DNA of 64,000 nucleotides from Batkoa obscura (Eukaryota): NCBI GenBank assembly GCA_030770535.1, contig JASVEC010000023.1, positions 310,001 to 374,000 of the forward strand, read 5' to 3'. Shown piece by piece: positions 13,598 to 24,917 of this stretch (position 1 is its first letter; each line of letters starts with the position of its first letter). The notes under the pieces were generated by a model. It saw only the letters and a program-made list of their open reading frames with translations, ran no database searches and was not told where the DNA came from. The position numbers and the translations under genes were made by a program.

Positions 13598-14224
13598 TTT
13601 TTTTGTTGACCTTATTTTATAAAAATTCAAACTATATATACTTTTCTATTGAGTAGAGTTTAAAGAATAATAAGCCACCAGAAGATAGCAAAATTCATAT
13701 CAAATCATTATATTTGGCTAAATATTACACTAGAGCTATAAGTATTTTCTACCACGAAGAATTTCAATAAAACCAGATTTTAGTTGAAGCGCACTATATT
13801 TAAACATTGTGCAGTTGACAAGATATATATTTTGTAGAATATGAAGTATACAAAGAAGTAATAAGCATAAAATTATATCCTGTGAACTTCAAACACATTA
13901 CTAAAACTTGTTATTTTGGTTTGAAATTCCATCAGCTGTTTAAATCAAAGTTTTAATTTAATCCTTAATTCTAATATTTCAAAAAGTAGTGATTCAAGAT
14001 ATTTTATTAAACTCACTATATTTAAAATGATAACGTTACCATTACTGTTTTTTATTTGATTTTAAGAATAGAGCTTTTAAATTAGCTAATACGATTTATA
14101 TTTTGTATTATGATATTAGGTATATAAATAATTTAAAAAATTACAGAAATATTTGTAAAAAAGAATTCACATTGTAAACAATATTTAGTTTGAGGTAAAA
14201 ACAGACTCTATAATAGAGTCATTA

Positions 14225-14298
14225 TGTTTCCGTCCAGATTCGAACTGGAGACCTTCTGTGTGTTAGACAGATGTGATAACCAACTACACCACGGAAAC
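14225..14298 (-). tRNA. tRNA-Val (AAC)
   Basis: Reverse complement GTTTCCGTGGTGTAGTTGGTTATCACATCTGTCTAACACACAGAAGGTCTCCAGTTCGAATCTGGACGGAAACA; anticodon AAC. Confidence 0.96.
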
Positions 14299-14393
14299 TC
14301 AAGCTTCTTAATTTGACTGTAAATATTTTAATAATTACTTTTATTTTGCGTTTTATTTGGCTGGAAAGAACCAGCTTTTTATGAGTCAATATT

Positions 14394-14490
14394 AGAGATG
14401 CTTTTTTTAGCTTTATCGTCTCTTCCATCTTTTAAGCACTATTTGAGTGGAAAAATTATTGGCAAAATTCTTACATGAAAACATATCCCT
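14394..14490 (-). mobile_element. ~98-bp MITE copy
   Basis: Matches consensus; about 95 bp upstream of tRNA-Val. Confidence 0.82.
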
Positions 14491-15289
14491 ATATGTAGAT
14501 AAAATAAATTTAAGCTTGATATGACCCAAAACAAGCTGGTGGAATAATTAGAAGACCTACAACAGAATTCTTATATCCTCATGTTTGAAGTAGTATTAGA
14601 GATTTTCCAAAAAGCTAAATCCTGTATGTAAGTTTACATATATGATTTATAAGAATAAATGTGTTCCTATTTAAAATTTACCTCTTTAGAAAATGTGGCA
14701 CCTGATTTTGGCGTTTTTATTCAATCACTTTAGTTGTGTTTATAAAGCGTTTAAGACAGTATAATAGTAAAAAATGCATTAAAAGTTAAACCATTATACA
14801 GCATATCTAATTCAACCCAAGTCATTGCTTTAGTCAATAATTGCTATTGACAACTTCAAAAACTTGAGACTCAATAATAACTACACCCATTCATAAAAAC
14901 ATAATTAAAGAATATTTTCATTTATTTATTTATAGATTTATAAAGTAGGGTTATAAATAAGATTATATATGCTGTTCTATTATCTACGATTATGAGCAGC
15001 TATATCCTACAAAATGAACACCCACAGAAAGAAGACAAAGGATTGAATATCATAAATCAAAGTCACTGTGATAAGATCAAACTATATAAATACAAATTAT
15101 ATATATTCATAATTCAGATGACTTTAATGTACAACTTTTACGTTAAATATATACATTAAGCTAATAATTGGTTTTGAAGCAAGGAATTTTATCGTTTTTT
15201 GTTGGGGAATATACTACAGTTTTTTTGTTTCTCCTATGTTAACTATATATAACTGTTTTGTCTATACTGTCTTTGTTACTAGTAAAATT

Positions 15290-15530
15290 AACATCAGATA
15301 GGCTAGTAGGTATTTCTACTGATAAAGAGCATTATGATCCTTTTTTTAAACGTTACTTTTTTATAATACTGATTATTTTTGAACTAACTGTTATGTTGCT
15401 GTATACATTTGTCACTTAGTTATTGGGGCACTTTGTTATTCTAACTCTCTGAAATATCAAGAAAGATTTAAATTGTAATTAAAGCTGGAGATACACTCAA
15501 CAGTTTTGTCGCTAATCGAGCGAATCACTT
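15290..15530 (-). pseudogene. F-box family 2 pseudogene fragment (duplicate of the 12.2-12.5 kb copy)
   Basis: Colinear nucleotide similarity to 12.25-12.5 kb, e.g. attatgatcctttttttaaa vs tatgatccgttttattgaa. Heavily frameshifted. Confidence 0.45.
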
Positions 15531-16092
15531 ATATAATCAAGACCTAAGTGATGGATTTATACCTTGCCCAACTCCCATCGTCAAATTTAGTAAATTTTAT
15601 ATCTTCTGAATTAAATTGAAAGGGGAAAAAGAAAGGCTCTATAGTTTTTATAGCTTTTACAACTTCCTCAAAGCATCATCTTAACAGCAATTAGATATTT
15701 TTAGTGATAACGACTAAACTCAAACCAAAAATAGTAATATCAATAAAAGCTCTTTGGTAAATAAGTAAACGCTATTGAATTGAAAACATTTAATAAATTA
15801 ATTATTATCTTTAATGCTGGCTGGCTAGACATACCTCCCTCTACTTACCTTTTTGATTATCAGTACAAAGTGAATTATTTATTCCTCTGCTACACATATA
15901 TAACACCAAAAGGAAGTACATGAACGAAGTTCTTTCAGATGGCATTAATAAAAAAACTATATATATCCACTACTACTTTTTTTACTTATAAGTTTTATTT
16001 AGATAATCAAAGATAATACTTCAAATTGATATTTTTTTATGAATTTATTTTAAATTTCCCAATTTACTTTTTCACAAATCAAACCTCCAACC

Positions 16093-16518
16093 TTAAAGTG
16101 GAACTTTACTATTATTACCGTTCGTCTTTATATTAGTACTATTAGAAGTATTGGTTGTCATAGAAACATTATGATTAGCTGGATTGCTTTCTACATCTCC
16201 CACTTCAGCAAGCCTTGGCCTACCTTGAATAATCTTCAAAGAAGTCATTCTATCATTGAGTTCGTTTGGAACATTTCCTTGGGATGTTGATATAAGCATT
16301 TTGTCCCCTTGGCAATCGGCATCAGCATATATTACTGATGTATAAGCCTCTACATAAGCAAGGCCCCATGAAGTCATTTCATCATTAAACCAATCAGGTA
16401 CATTGTAGCATCCTTTATTAGATTGACACCACCTTTCACCTTGTTGATCTGCATCTACATAAAAACAAACAGACTTAACAGTAGCAATAGCTAAAAATAA
16501 AAAATAAAAATAAAACAT
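16093..16518 (-). CDS. Small secreted beta/gamma-crystallin-like protein (paralog 2)
   Basis: Signal peptide MFYFYFLFLAIATVKS; motifs CFYVDADQQG...WFNDEMTS and IYADADCQG...LNDRMTSLKI. Clear paralog of 13175..13597. Confidence 0.75.
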   Translation of the reverse strand: MFYFYFLFLAIATVKSVCFYVDADQQGERWCQSNKGCYNVPDWFNDEMTSWGLAYVEAYTSVIYADADCQGDKMLISTSQGNVPNELNDRMTSLKIIQGRPRLAEVGDVESNPANHNVSMTTNTSNSTNIKTNGNNSKVPL

Positions 16519-18206
16519 AGCTTTTTTGTTAAAAACAAATTCATACAAATGCAACATTTATATACTTCTTTTGAGTAGGGTTTTAAAAAATAATAAGCCA
16601 TCAACAAGAATAAATGATTTAATGAGGCTATGGTGGTTGATTAAATAGTAATAAGTCTATAACAGTACATTATTATAAATAAGCAAAGAGAGTTTTCTAA
16701 ATTAGGTAGAGGTATTTTAAAATAGATCACATTGTACTCAACAAACATGAAGTTTTACTGCTAATGAATTATAAAAAGAAGTATAGAACCATAGAACTAA
16801 AGCTTGTGGACATCAAATGCGTAAATTATACTTATAATTATAATTTATGATTTTTTCTGAGAAACTATTTATAATTTAAACTCAACTACTAAATTTAAAA
16901 TTTGTTTATGAAATGCTCTACATTAAAATTTTATATGGTCAAAGCCTAATATGAATGTTTCTCTGTTATAAATAGATCAGAATTGATATTATATGTAAAC
17001 TTATAATGAACCTCAGCTTTGTATGATTTAAAACCAGTTGATAGAATGATTATAAATGTTATAATAACATTCTAATATGATATTTATTTAAAGAAGTATT
17101 ACAGGTTTTTTATAAAAATTTGAAATTGATTTTTTTGGATGTATAATTTACTAAAAAGTGTTCTGTTCCAGTTCAAATTTATTACTGCGAGAATATGATA
17201 TTGGACTTCAGAACTTTATTTAATTATTTTAGCATAACTCTTAATTTCAAATGCTTTCATTTGGGTTGTTGAAAGCTTTTGATATTAAAGATAAGTTTAC
17301 ATATAATTTACTTTTATCCATATAAAAGTCATTAGTTTATAACATATGTACTATTCCCGTTTTATAAGTTCATAAAATTATAACAGTTATTAATAAAAAT
17401 AAAAGTGATCCATTGAATAGAAACTATAGCTTGATTTATTATTTTTACTATTACAAACCGTTGGATTCTATATACTGATTATGATAATTAGAATTTGAAG
17501 AAACAAATGTCATAAAATATATAACAATTTTAGATAATCCAGTTTGTCTTAAATAATCCACATATTTCATAGGGGTTTTGTTGAATCTATACTATTTTTA
17601 GCCTCAATACGGACATTGATTTAATACTCGATTTTAGAAGAAAACTTTAGATGAATTTATTTTAAAGAATGAATCAGTGCTTTTGCCACTTTTTTTATTG
17701 TATCCCTTATTTTAAATGGCCCATATAACACAAGTCTAAATGAGTCGACCTTTTAATCCTTAAATCAATTCGACTAATATTGGCAGGTACTATTATGTTT
17801 GTACTGATTCGATAACTTATTACATTAAATGACATCTCTTTGCTTTTATCTATGGTCTTTAAATTAATATCTATGTCGTCATATATGTCCAAAACTTCAT
17901 CACTTACCTATGTGAATAATCTATACCTCTCTTCAAAACGTTAAAGTGAGTTTAAACAACTACCAAAAATGTATATGCTTATAATAATTCTTGTTATTTT
18001 AACTATTAAATAGTGATACTAACATTTTGATGTTGAATTTGTAACTTTTTCAACATTGATATCATTAATATAATGCTTCTATAGTGATGTACATTAGGGA
18101 AATTATTTGGTGATTTGTTTTAATTAAGAAAGAATAGCAATGGTAAAAAGAAAATGTATATAATTAGACGATGTTGTGATTGAAAATGGTTTTTTCAAGG
18201 ACATAC

Positions 18207-18304
18207 GAGGATGTTCTTTTTGATTCCATTACTTTTTCTATTTTCTAAGTACTATTTGAGCGAAAAGTTTGTTAGTAAAATTCTTAAACAAAAAATACAT
18301 TCCC
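18207..18304 (-). mobile_element. ~98-bp MITE copy
   Basis: Matches consensus; TSD ATAC/ATAC. Confidence 0.85.
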
Positions 18305-18709
18305 ATACTTTGATAATGCTAAAGTTGATGCTAAATATCCCAAATACACTAAATAAAGTATCACTAATATTATCATTTAAAGCAATTCTATTCTGTCCAC
18401 CATAGCCTTTGTTGATATAGCTACAAAAGTGACAACTTTTTTCAATACTGTATTAAAAAACAAATGCCAAAAAATAACCAAAAGATTTATTCAGATTTTA
18501 GTGCACAGTTTTGTTGTTTATTTGTTATTTCATATAGGGATAAAACAAATATTCTTTTTCTATAAAAAACCATATGGGTTTTTAAATAGTGCATAAAAAC
18601 TATGAGTATGAAAAAATTAACATTTCGTAACTTATAACTTAAACTGAGAATAGATTCAGTAGTGAGTGCCAAACAAGCTACAGCCCATTGCCTAAACGTT
18701 TAATCTACA

Positions 18710-19155
18710 GGTTACTAGATGATATAGTAATAGACATTATAAAATATACACCCAGCTTTGATGAATTTTAAACTTATTCAATACTTTAGAGAACTGTGAA
18801 GGTTATGAAATACATCAATAGAGAAGTGGTACATATCCTTAGTAGTATATCAGACAATTCGTCTATTATCAATAAAGTTAAGACAGTGTTTGATAAAACA
18901 GATCATAGGATTATTTCATCTATTAAATTATTCATCAATGCTATTCAGATAAATTTAAATAGCTATAAAATAGATACAATCACATTTGTACTAAACAGAA
19001 TGATTAGAATGGGAAACAAAAAACAAATAAATAAAAGATTAATCAAATACCCGCTGAGAAGAATTGATGCAACTATGTTTTTGTCTAAACCCAAGTACTC
19101 ACCCAATGTGTGTATCAAAAATAGAAGTGATTTAGATTTAAAAAGAACGATGTAG
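18710..19155 (+). pseudogene. F-box family 2 pseudogene
   Basis: RLLDDIVIDIIKYTPSFDEF* followed by KYINREVVHILSSISDNSSIINKVKTVFDKTDHRIISSIKLFIN; homologous to the 12.2-12.5 kb copy. Confidence 0.55.
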
Positions 19156-19904
19156 AAGCATATATCTGTAGAACTTTTAGTCAAAATTGATAAATATAGC
19201 CCTCACATATGTAACTTATACTCCATACATTTTCACCATCCTTATTATCAAAATCATTTTGTACCAAATGGCTGTTGATAATGGAAAGAATGTCAAACCA
19301 GGTCTGTTTCTTATACAAAGGTCTAGCTCGTTATTTCTATCAAAAAAATTGAGGTTGTGATTTATTTACCATTTATTTAATACAATGCATTTATAATCAA
19401 ATGATAACTTTGTGAATTTAAAAAGTATAATAATGATAAATTATAAAATAACAGTTTCAATGTCAAATAAGTCTATATAAAATCTGATACATAATAATGC
19501 TTTTTAGTAATCAACGTTAAAATATTTTCTATAAAATTGATAAAGTCAAGAGCAACATTGGAATAATTGTACAATAAAGCTATGAAATTAAAACCCACTG
19601 TTTTTATTTAGAAAATTTAGCCTCTAGAGTAACTATCTGCTAAATATTAAAGTGGTGTATGAAATTCTTGACTAATTAGCAAGGTAGAAATGGAGATGTC
19701 AAAAGCTATATTTTTACAAAAATTAAAAGTGTTAAATGAGAACAAATTTATTTTAGCAATTATACAAAATTGCAAACGTGATAATTTTCTCAACTTTTCA
19801 CAGAATTCTGTAATATTTCTCTAAATACGTAACATGCAAGGAAATTCTTGTAAATTTTCTAATTGTTCATCCAACTTATGCCCAACACATTAATCCAAGC
19901 CTAT

Positions 19905-20002
19905 GGGGATATATTCTTTTGTTTAAGAATTTCGCTAATAATTTTCCTGCCAAAATAGTGCTTAAAAGATGGAAAAAATGATGAAGCCAAAAAAACATCC
20001 CC
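19905..20002 (+). mobile_element. ~98-bp MITE copy
   Basis: GGGGAT...ACATCCCC; flanks CTAT/ATAT. Confidence 0.85.
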
Positions 20003-20009
20003 ATATATT

Positions 20010-20771
20010 ATTTCTTTACTTTTATTTAATTTGTATATTATTTAGCAAGTTTTTGTTTTTATTTTTATTGAATCTTGATAAACGGTTGAATTGTTAAGTA
20101 AATATTACACAATAAGCTTAATTTACTCTTTAATTTTTTAATTATTTTTAATAATAAGTTGTAAATTGATATTTTATTATTAATAACTATTTTTAATTAA
20201 TCACATTAATTTTTACTTATATTAGATCCAAAACTTTTTTATTTATCAAAAGAACATACTAAAGCTATGGTCAGTAATAATCCTATCTATTGGTTTTTAT
20301 TTATTGTTTCCTTTAAAGCATTAGTTTTATATATTATTTAATTAAGCCTACTATTATCAATAGTAAACTTTGATAATATTTCTTTTCTTTTTTTTGTTTT
20401 ATTATAAATTCTATAAACTCTGGATTATTATAAATAGTTGTTAATATTAATATAAATGAATTACAATGTTTATATTGTGTGCTTTTCCCTGTTGTATTAA
20501 AATTTTTGAAAATTCTGCTTCGAAGTTTAGTTATAAAAGCTTGCATTTTATTTTTATTTTGATAAAAAATATAGTCAAGTAATTACATTTACATGTTATA
20601 TATAGCAAACATTCGGAAAAAATAATACAAAACGTATGATTGGAAAAATTATTTAAAAATAATACAATTAAAACAAGTTTAATTTTTCTGTTTGATTTTA
20701 AGCTTTCTAAATTTGAAAATTAAAATTTGATTAATTTTTATCTAAATTCTGAAACTAATTTGGACATCCTC
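20010..20771 (-). mobile_element. Partial second copy of the Sola-like DNA transposon (left terminus, leader, decayed transposase 5' end)
   Basis: Minus-strand terminus GAGGATGTCCAAATTAGTTTCAGAATTTA at 20771 matches the terminus at 58282. ORF 20334..20546 (MQAFITKLRSRIFKNFNTTGKSTQYKH) is homologous to 59035+ (MQTSITKLRNGIFENFNTIGRSTQHKH). Similarity continues to about 20010. Confidence 0.8.
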
Positions 20772-21383
20772 ATTACTTTCTACTTCTTTTTTGACCATTT
20801 GGATACTCTTTTTTACACATGAACTTTCGCAATCTTTCATACTTTCAAATACAAGATACCCGTCACTGCATCTACTATGGTTTGCTTCAATACATTTGCC
20901 TGTAGCTGAGTCAAAATGGAAAGAGTTTACCATCATAAAACACACGCTACGTTTGGTTTTAATAAAACATTTATCATCTAATTTTTCCAACTCAGGTGAT
21001 AGGTTTTTGGGCTTTTTAACCTGATAAGCAACTCCCATCCTTTCCCTCTTTGATTTGATTTGAGTAGCTGGTTTGGCAGTGTTTTTAACGCATATGGCTT
21101 CACACTCTTGCATAGTACTAAAAGCTAAGCATCCATCACTACAGCCACGATGAAAGCTTTTAATATATTTACTTGTAGCTTGGTCAAAGTGATAAGATGG
21201 GTCAGCAGCACGACATTGACCGGGCTGGGTTTCGACAAAGCATCTCTTATCTAAGTTTTCATACTGAGGATTGCTGGTAGCTTTGATTGCTTTACATCCG
21301 CTTTGTTGGAAATTAGGTAAAGTTTTAGAACTACTTATAGTCAATAAGGCAAGTAAAGTAAAAGTTCTAAGTACAACTCTTAT
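20742..21383 (-). pseudogene. Two-domain Kunitz inhibitor paralog, probably pseudogenised
   Basis: Homologous to 62398..63525, but the start codon position reads ATA (21383-21381). Domain 1 has lost a Cys (KYIK vs KCVK), GGC has become RGC/SRC, and the 3' end is replaced by a transposon terminus. Confidence 0.75.
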
Positions 21384-21751
21384 GTTCAGTTTTTTAAATT
21401 TATAAAATCGATGTTTGCTTATACTACTGTATTCTAATTGTTTTTCTAAACACTGTACATTTATCTCACCTGCTTATACACTTTTTTTAATCCTCATATT
21501 AGTCAATTTTGATTATTGTTTGACTTATTAGATGTTATTTAAATATTGGATCAAGTAATGTAGATACGTTATCTTCTACTAAGAACTATCATCATTAACA
21601 GCTCCAATCTATGCTTTATTTATAATTTAATATAAAGCGTTATAGAATTCTGAATAAAATTTAAAGTAAAAAACAATAGCTTGAACACAGCATTTTTATG
21701 CTTTACCCTCCTTTATTTAAGTTTATTTTAATATTGTTATTTTTAGCATAT

Positions 21752-21850
21752 AGGGATGTATTTCTTTGTTCAAGGGTCTTAGTAACAATCTTTCCACTCA
21801 AATGGCGCTCAAAAAATGGAAAAAGTGATGAAATCAAAAAACACATTTCT
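21752..21850 (+). mobile_element. ~98-bp MITE copy
   Basis: Matches consensus; sister of the 22276 copy. Confidence 0.85.
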
Positions 21851-22275
21851 ATTTGCTGACTGGAAATTAATTGGGATTCTAAAAATTAAACCCGTTTTAA
21901 ATCTTTGAGATAAAGTAAATACAATATTTAGGCCCAAGGGTTACAAGAACTCGAGCAAAAAAAGTAAATAGAATTTATTTGCAACATTACTTGAAACGTT
22001 ATCATAATTTACAAGTTATAAGATCATAACAGTATAATATAATACTTATCTAAAAACAACATAAAGTACACTGTAAATAGATTTTATCATAGGAGTTTTA
22101 TATTAAAAGCATATGAACTAGAATTATGTAATAAGTAAATAGCTTATTAAATATTAATATCCAATTTGGCAATGTCAGTTTTATTATGGTTTAAAGAGAT
22201 TATTAAATAATCAAACTTATAGAAGTTTAATTATCTGATCTTAATAAATACAATGGTTACAATATAAAACGACAT

Positions 22276-22373
22276 GGAGATATATTTCCTGATTTCATCA
22301 CTTTTTCTATTTTTTAAGCGCCATTTGAGTGGAAAGATTGTTACTAAGATCCTTGAACAAAAAATATACTCCT
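22276..22373 (-). mobile_element. ~98-bp MITE copy
   Basis: Matches consensus; inverted sister of the 21752 copy. Confidence 0.85.
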
Positions 22374-22656
22374 ATTTAAAATAATTTTGTACCATGCTCA
22401 GCTTGAAAAATGAGTATGAAATTCTGTGGAATCATTGCTTTATTTTTTATTTACACTCTGATGCATGTATAAATTTGTCTCACTAGCAATCAAAAAAATT
22501 GATTAGCACTTATAAAAATAGCCTACAATCTTAATGAAAAAATGGATCCTCATCCAAAAAGAACATTACTGGTTGACGCAATCACTTGAAATCCAACATA
22601 GAGTTCCAACCCTTAGCTTTTTTACAATTTTACTCTTTTTTATTGAAATCAGCTTC

Positions 22657-22854
22657 ATGGATGAAAAAGAAAATTATTGGGATTTATATTTGGCTTTTTT
22701 CTTATTAGGGGTATTGGCCTTGACTTCGTTAATTTGGTGCTTTTGTTGTGGTACTTGTATAGGTAATGAAATGATGACATATTTTGGATTGAAAAAGAAA
22801 AAGGCAAAGAAAAGAGAGTATATCCAGTTGGAAAATGTTGAGGTTGAGGATTAG
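22657..22854 (+). CDS. Small (65 aa) single-pass membrane protein with a Cys cluster
   Basis: MDEKENYWDLYLAFFLLGVLALTSLIWCFCCGTCIGNEMMTYFGLKKKKAKKREYIQLENVEVED: one TM helix, a CxCCxxC cluster and a basic stretch. GC content is higher than the flanks. Confidence 0.5.
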   Translation: MDEKENYWDLYLAFFLLGVLALTSLIWCFCCGTCIGNEMMTYFGLKKKKAKKREYIQLENVEVED

Positions 22855-23219
22855 AGTGTTAAGTGGATTTAACGAACTATCGTAGGTTCTGTTAGCTTAG
22901 TTTGTTTATTCCTAAAGGTCAAGATTTTGAATAGGAACCTTACTTGCTATCAATTAAATGATGATCTAGTTTTTAAACGCATCCAATGGAATGATGTTGA
23001 TTTTGAAGTTTGCCTTGCTTGTTCCCCAAAATTATACTTTAAAATCAGGAGTTTACTGTGGTTATCCCAGTTTTTTTAATGGTTGGTAATAGTGCGTTTA
23101 AATAAAAATAATTTGTTATAATATGGATTTAGAAAGTAATACTTTGTTTAGCTCCGTTATATATTAATACAAATTAAGAGAAGAAAAATTCGGCTAATGG
23201 TTTTGTTTCTTTATTTATA

Positions 23220-24300
23220 CTAGTTCACTTGGATTAGGTAAAAGTTTTTTTCCTTCGCTAGTAATAGTAATAACATCTCCAAAGTACTCTTCGTCATCAG
23301 TTAGTTTATAAATAGTATTGGGAACTTGATCAATATCAACTAAGCCATCAAAAAAAGCTCATGCTTTATGCGATTAATGATATCAGTATCTACATTTAAA
23401 ATAATTATTGAATTAATAAGGTTGCCGTCAGAATAATGAGGGCAATAATTTATCAGAGAAAGAAGGAGTCACTCCATTAACGCGTATCCCTTTTTGATTG
23501 AGATAACCTAAGGTTTGAGTTAAATATAAAACTTAATGGATTTTTAATATTAAGATCTTTAATAAATAAAAGTCGGTCCAATTGTTACCTTATCCCTTTT
23601 TTGATAGTTAAATAAACAGATCATACATATAATGGACTAATGGTGGAATAAGATGATAACTCAATAATTGACAAATCATATTTGACTGCTGGATTCTTTA
23701 ATATTTGCTCACTAAAATGTTGAATGGATAAAGAGTTGTCTTTTAACATGAGAGTTAAATTGATATTCATTATAGTATCAATGATTTCTTTTAAAGTAAA
23801 ATGGGGATTAGTTTTTAATATGCTTAAAAGATAAATTTGACTACCAATAGTGCTCTCGAAGTTCCTTTTTCTACCTATAACGGTATTGTTGACCATAACC
23901 TTTGATAGTGTTTTAGTTTGCTTAATTAATATAAATTAGCTACCTAAGCCCCTCCAAAGTGATTTATTGCTTAAATAAATAATTTTTTTAAACCCTGATC
24001 TTTAGTCATATCACACTCACAGAATACTATTCTCTTTTTATCCCTTTAATAACAATAGTTAATATCAATAATATCAATATTAAAAATAACTATATTTACT
24101 TATTAATTTATTGTCCTAACTTAACACTATTTTCTTTAGCAATATCACTAATAATAGCACTGAAACTGTATTTTTACATTAATAATGTGAATCATGTATA
24201 TTACATTATCATAAACTAATTATTAACTAATAGTAGAGTTAATGCTTTTCCAAATCTATTAACTCCACTGGCTACAATTGCACACTTAAAAGCCGTTATT
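23220..24300 (-). pseudogene. SDR pseudogene (tandem duplicate of 24918..25991)
   Basis: Rossmann motif decayed to CAIVASGVNRFGKALTLLLVNN*. Exons GYLNQKGIRVNGVTPSFS and YFGDVITI are recognisable; there are stops and no start ATG. Confidence 0.75.
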
Positions 24301-24917
24301 ATATATTAGAATATTATCTATTTGTATTTTTTTATAAAGATTAGTTGTTATACTTCACTTATCCCTTATTATTCTTTTGTACAAAATTATAGAGTATACT
24401 TGTTCTAGGTTAATAATGCTTTAATTTTCAATTAATATTGTTAAATGATAAAATAAAAAATAAAAGGGACATATCAACATTAAACTTGTTTAATTAAAGA
24501 ATTGATTAGTATAAACAAGTTTCTCTTTATTATTCCCAAAAGTTGTAAACCGCAACTACTGACTTTTTAGAATAATATTAAAGTGAATATAGTTAATGAC
24601 AAAGAAAATATATGTTTATTAATTATTTACTAAACAGATGTAATTTATTCAAAAATCTTTGAAAGACGTAAAAGGTTAAGAATCAAACAGGAAAGCATAG
24701 AACTAATAGTAAAAGACCTAATTCATGAAGAAATATTAAATTATTGTCCAATATCTAAACCTTTAGTAATGTAGGTTTAGAACATTAATAACCAACACTA
24801 ATTATCAATGATTTTATTCAACTTTTTATTTAAAATTTTAACTATTTTATAAGCTGCTTAAAGTTATCTGAGTACTTACTTTTTTATAATCTTTATTTTA
24901 TAACTTTTTAGATAAAC

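Noticed and set aside
14222..14428. 68-aa ORF
   Set aside because: It overlaps tRNA-Val and a MITE and has no independent coding evidence.
17707..17892. 61-aa ORF, possibly another F-box-family relic
   Set aside because: Could not be aligned convincingly to either family by eye.
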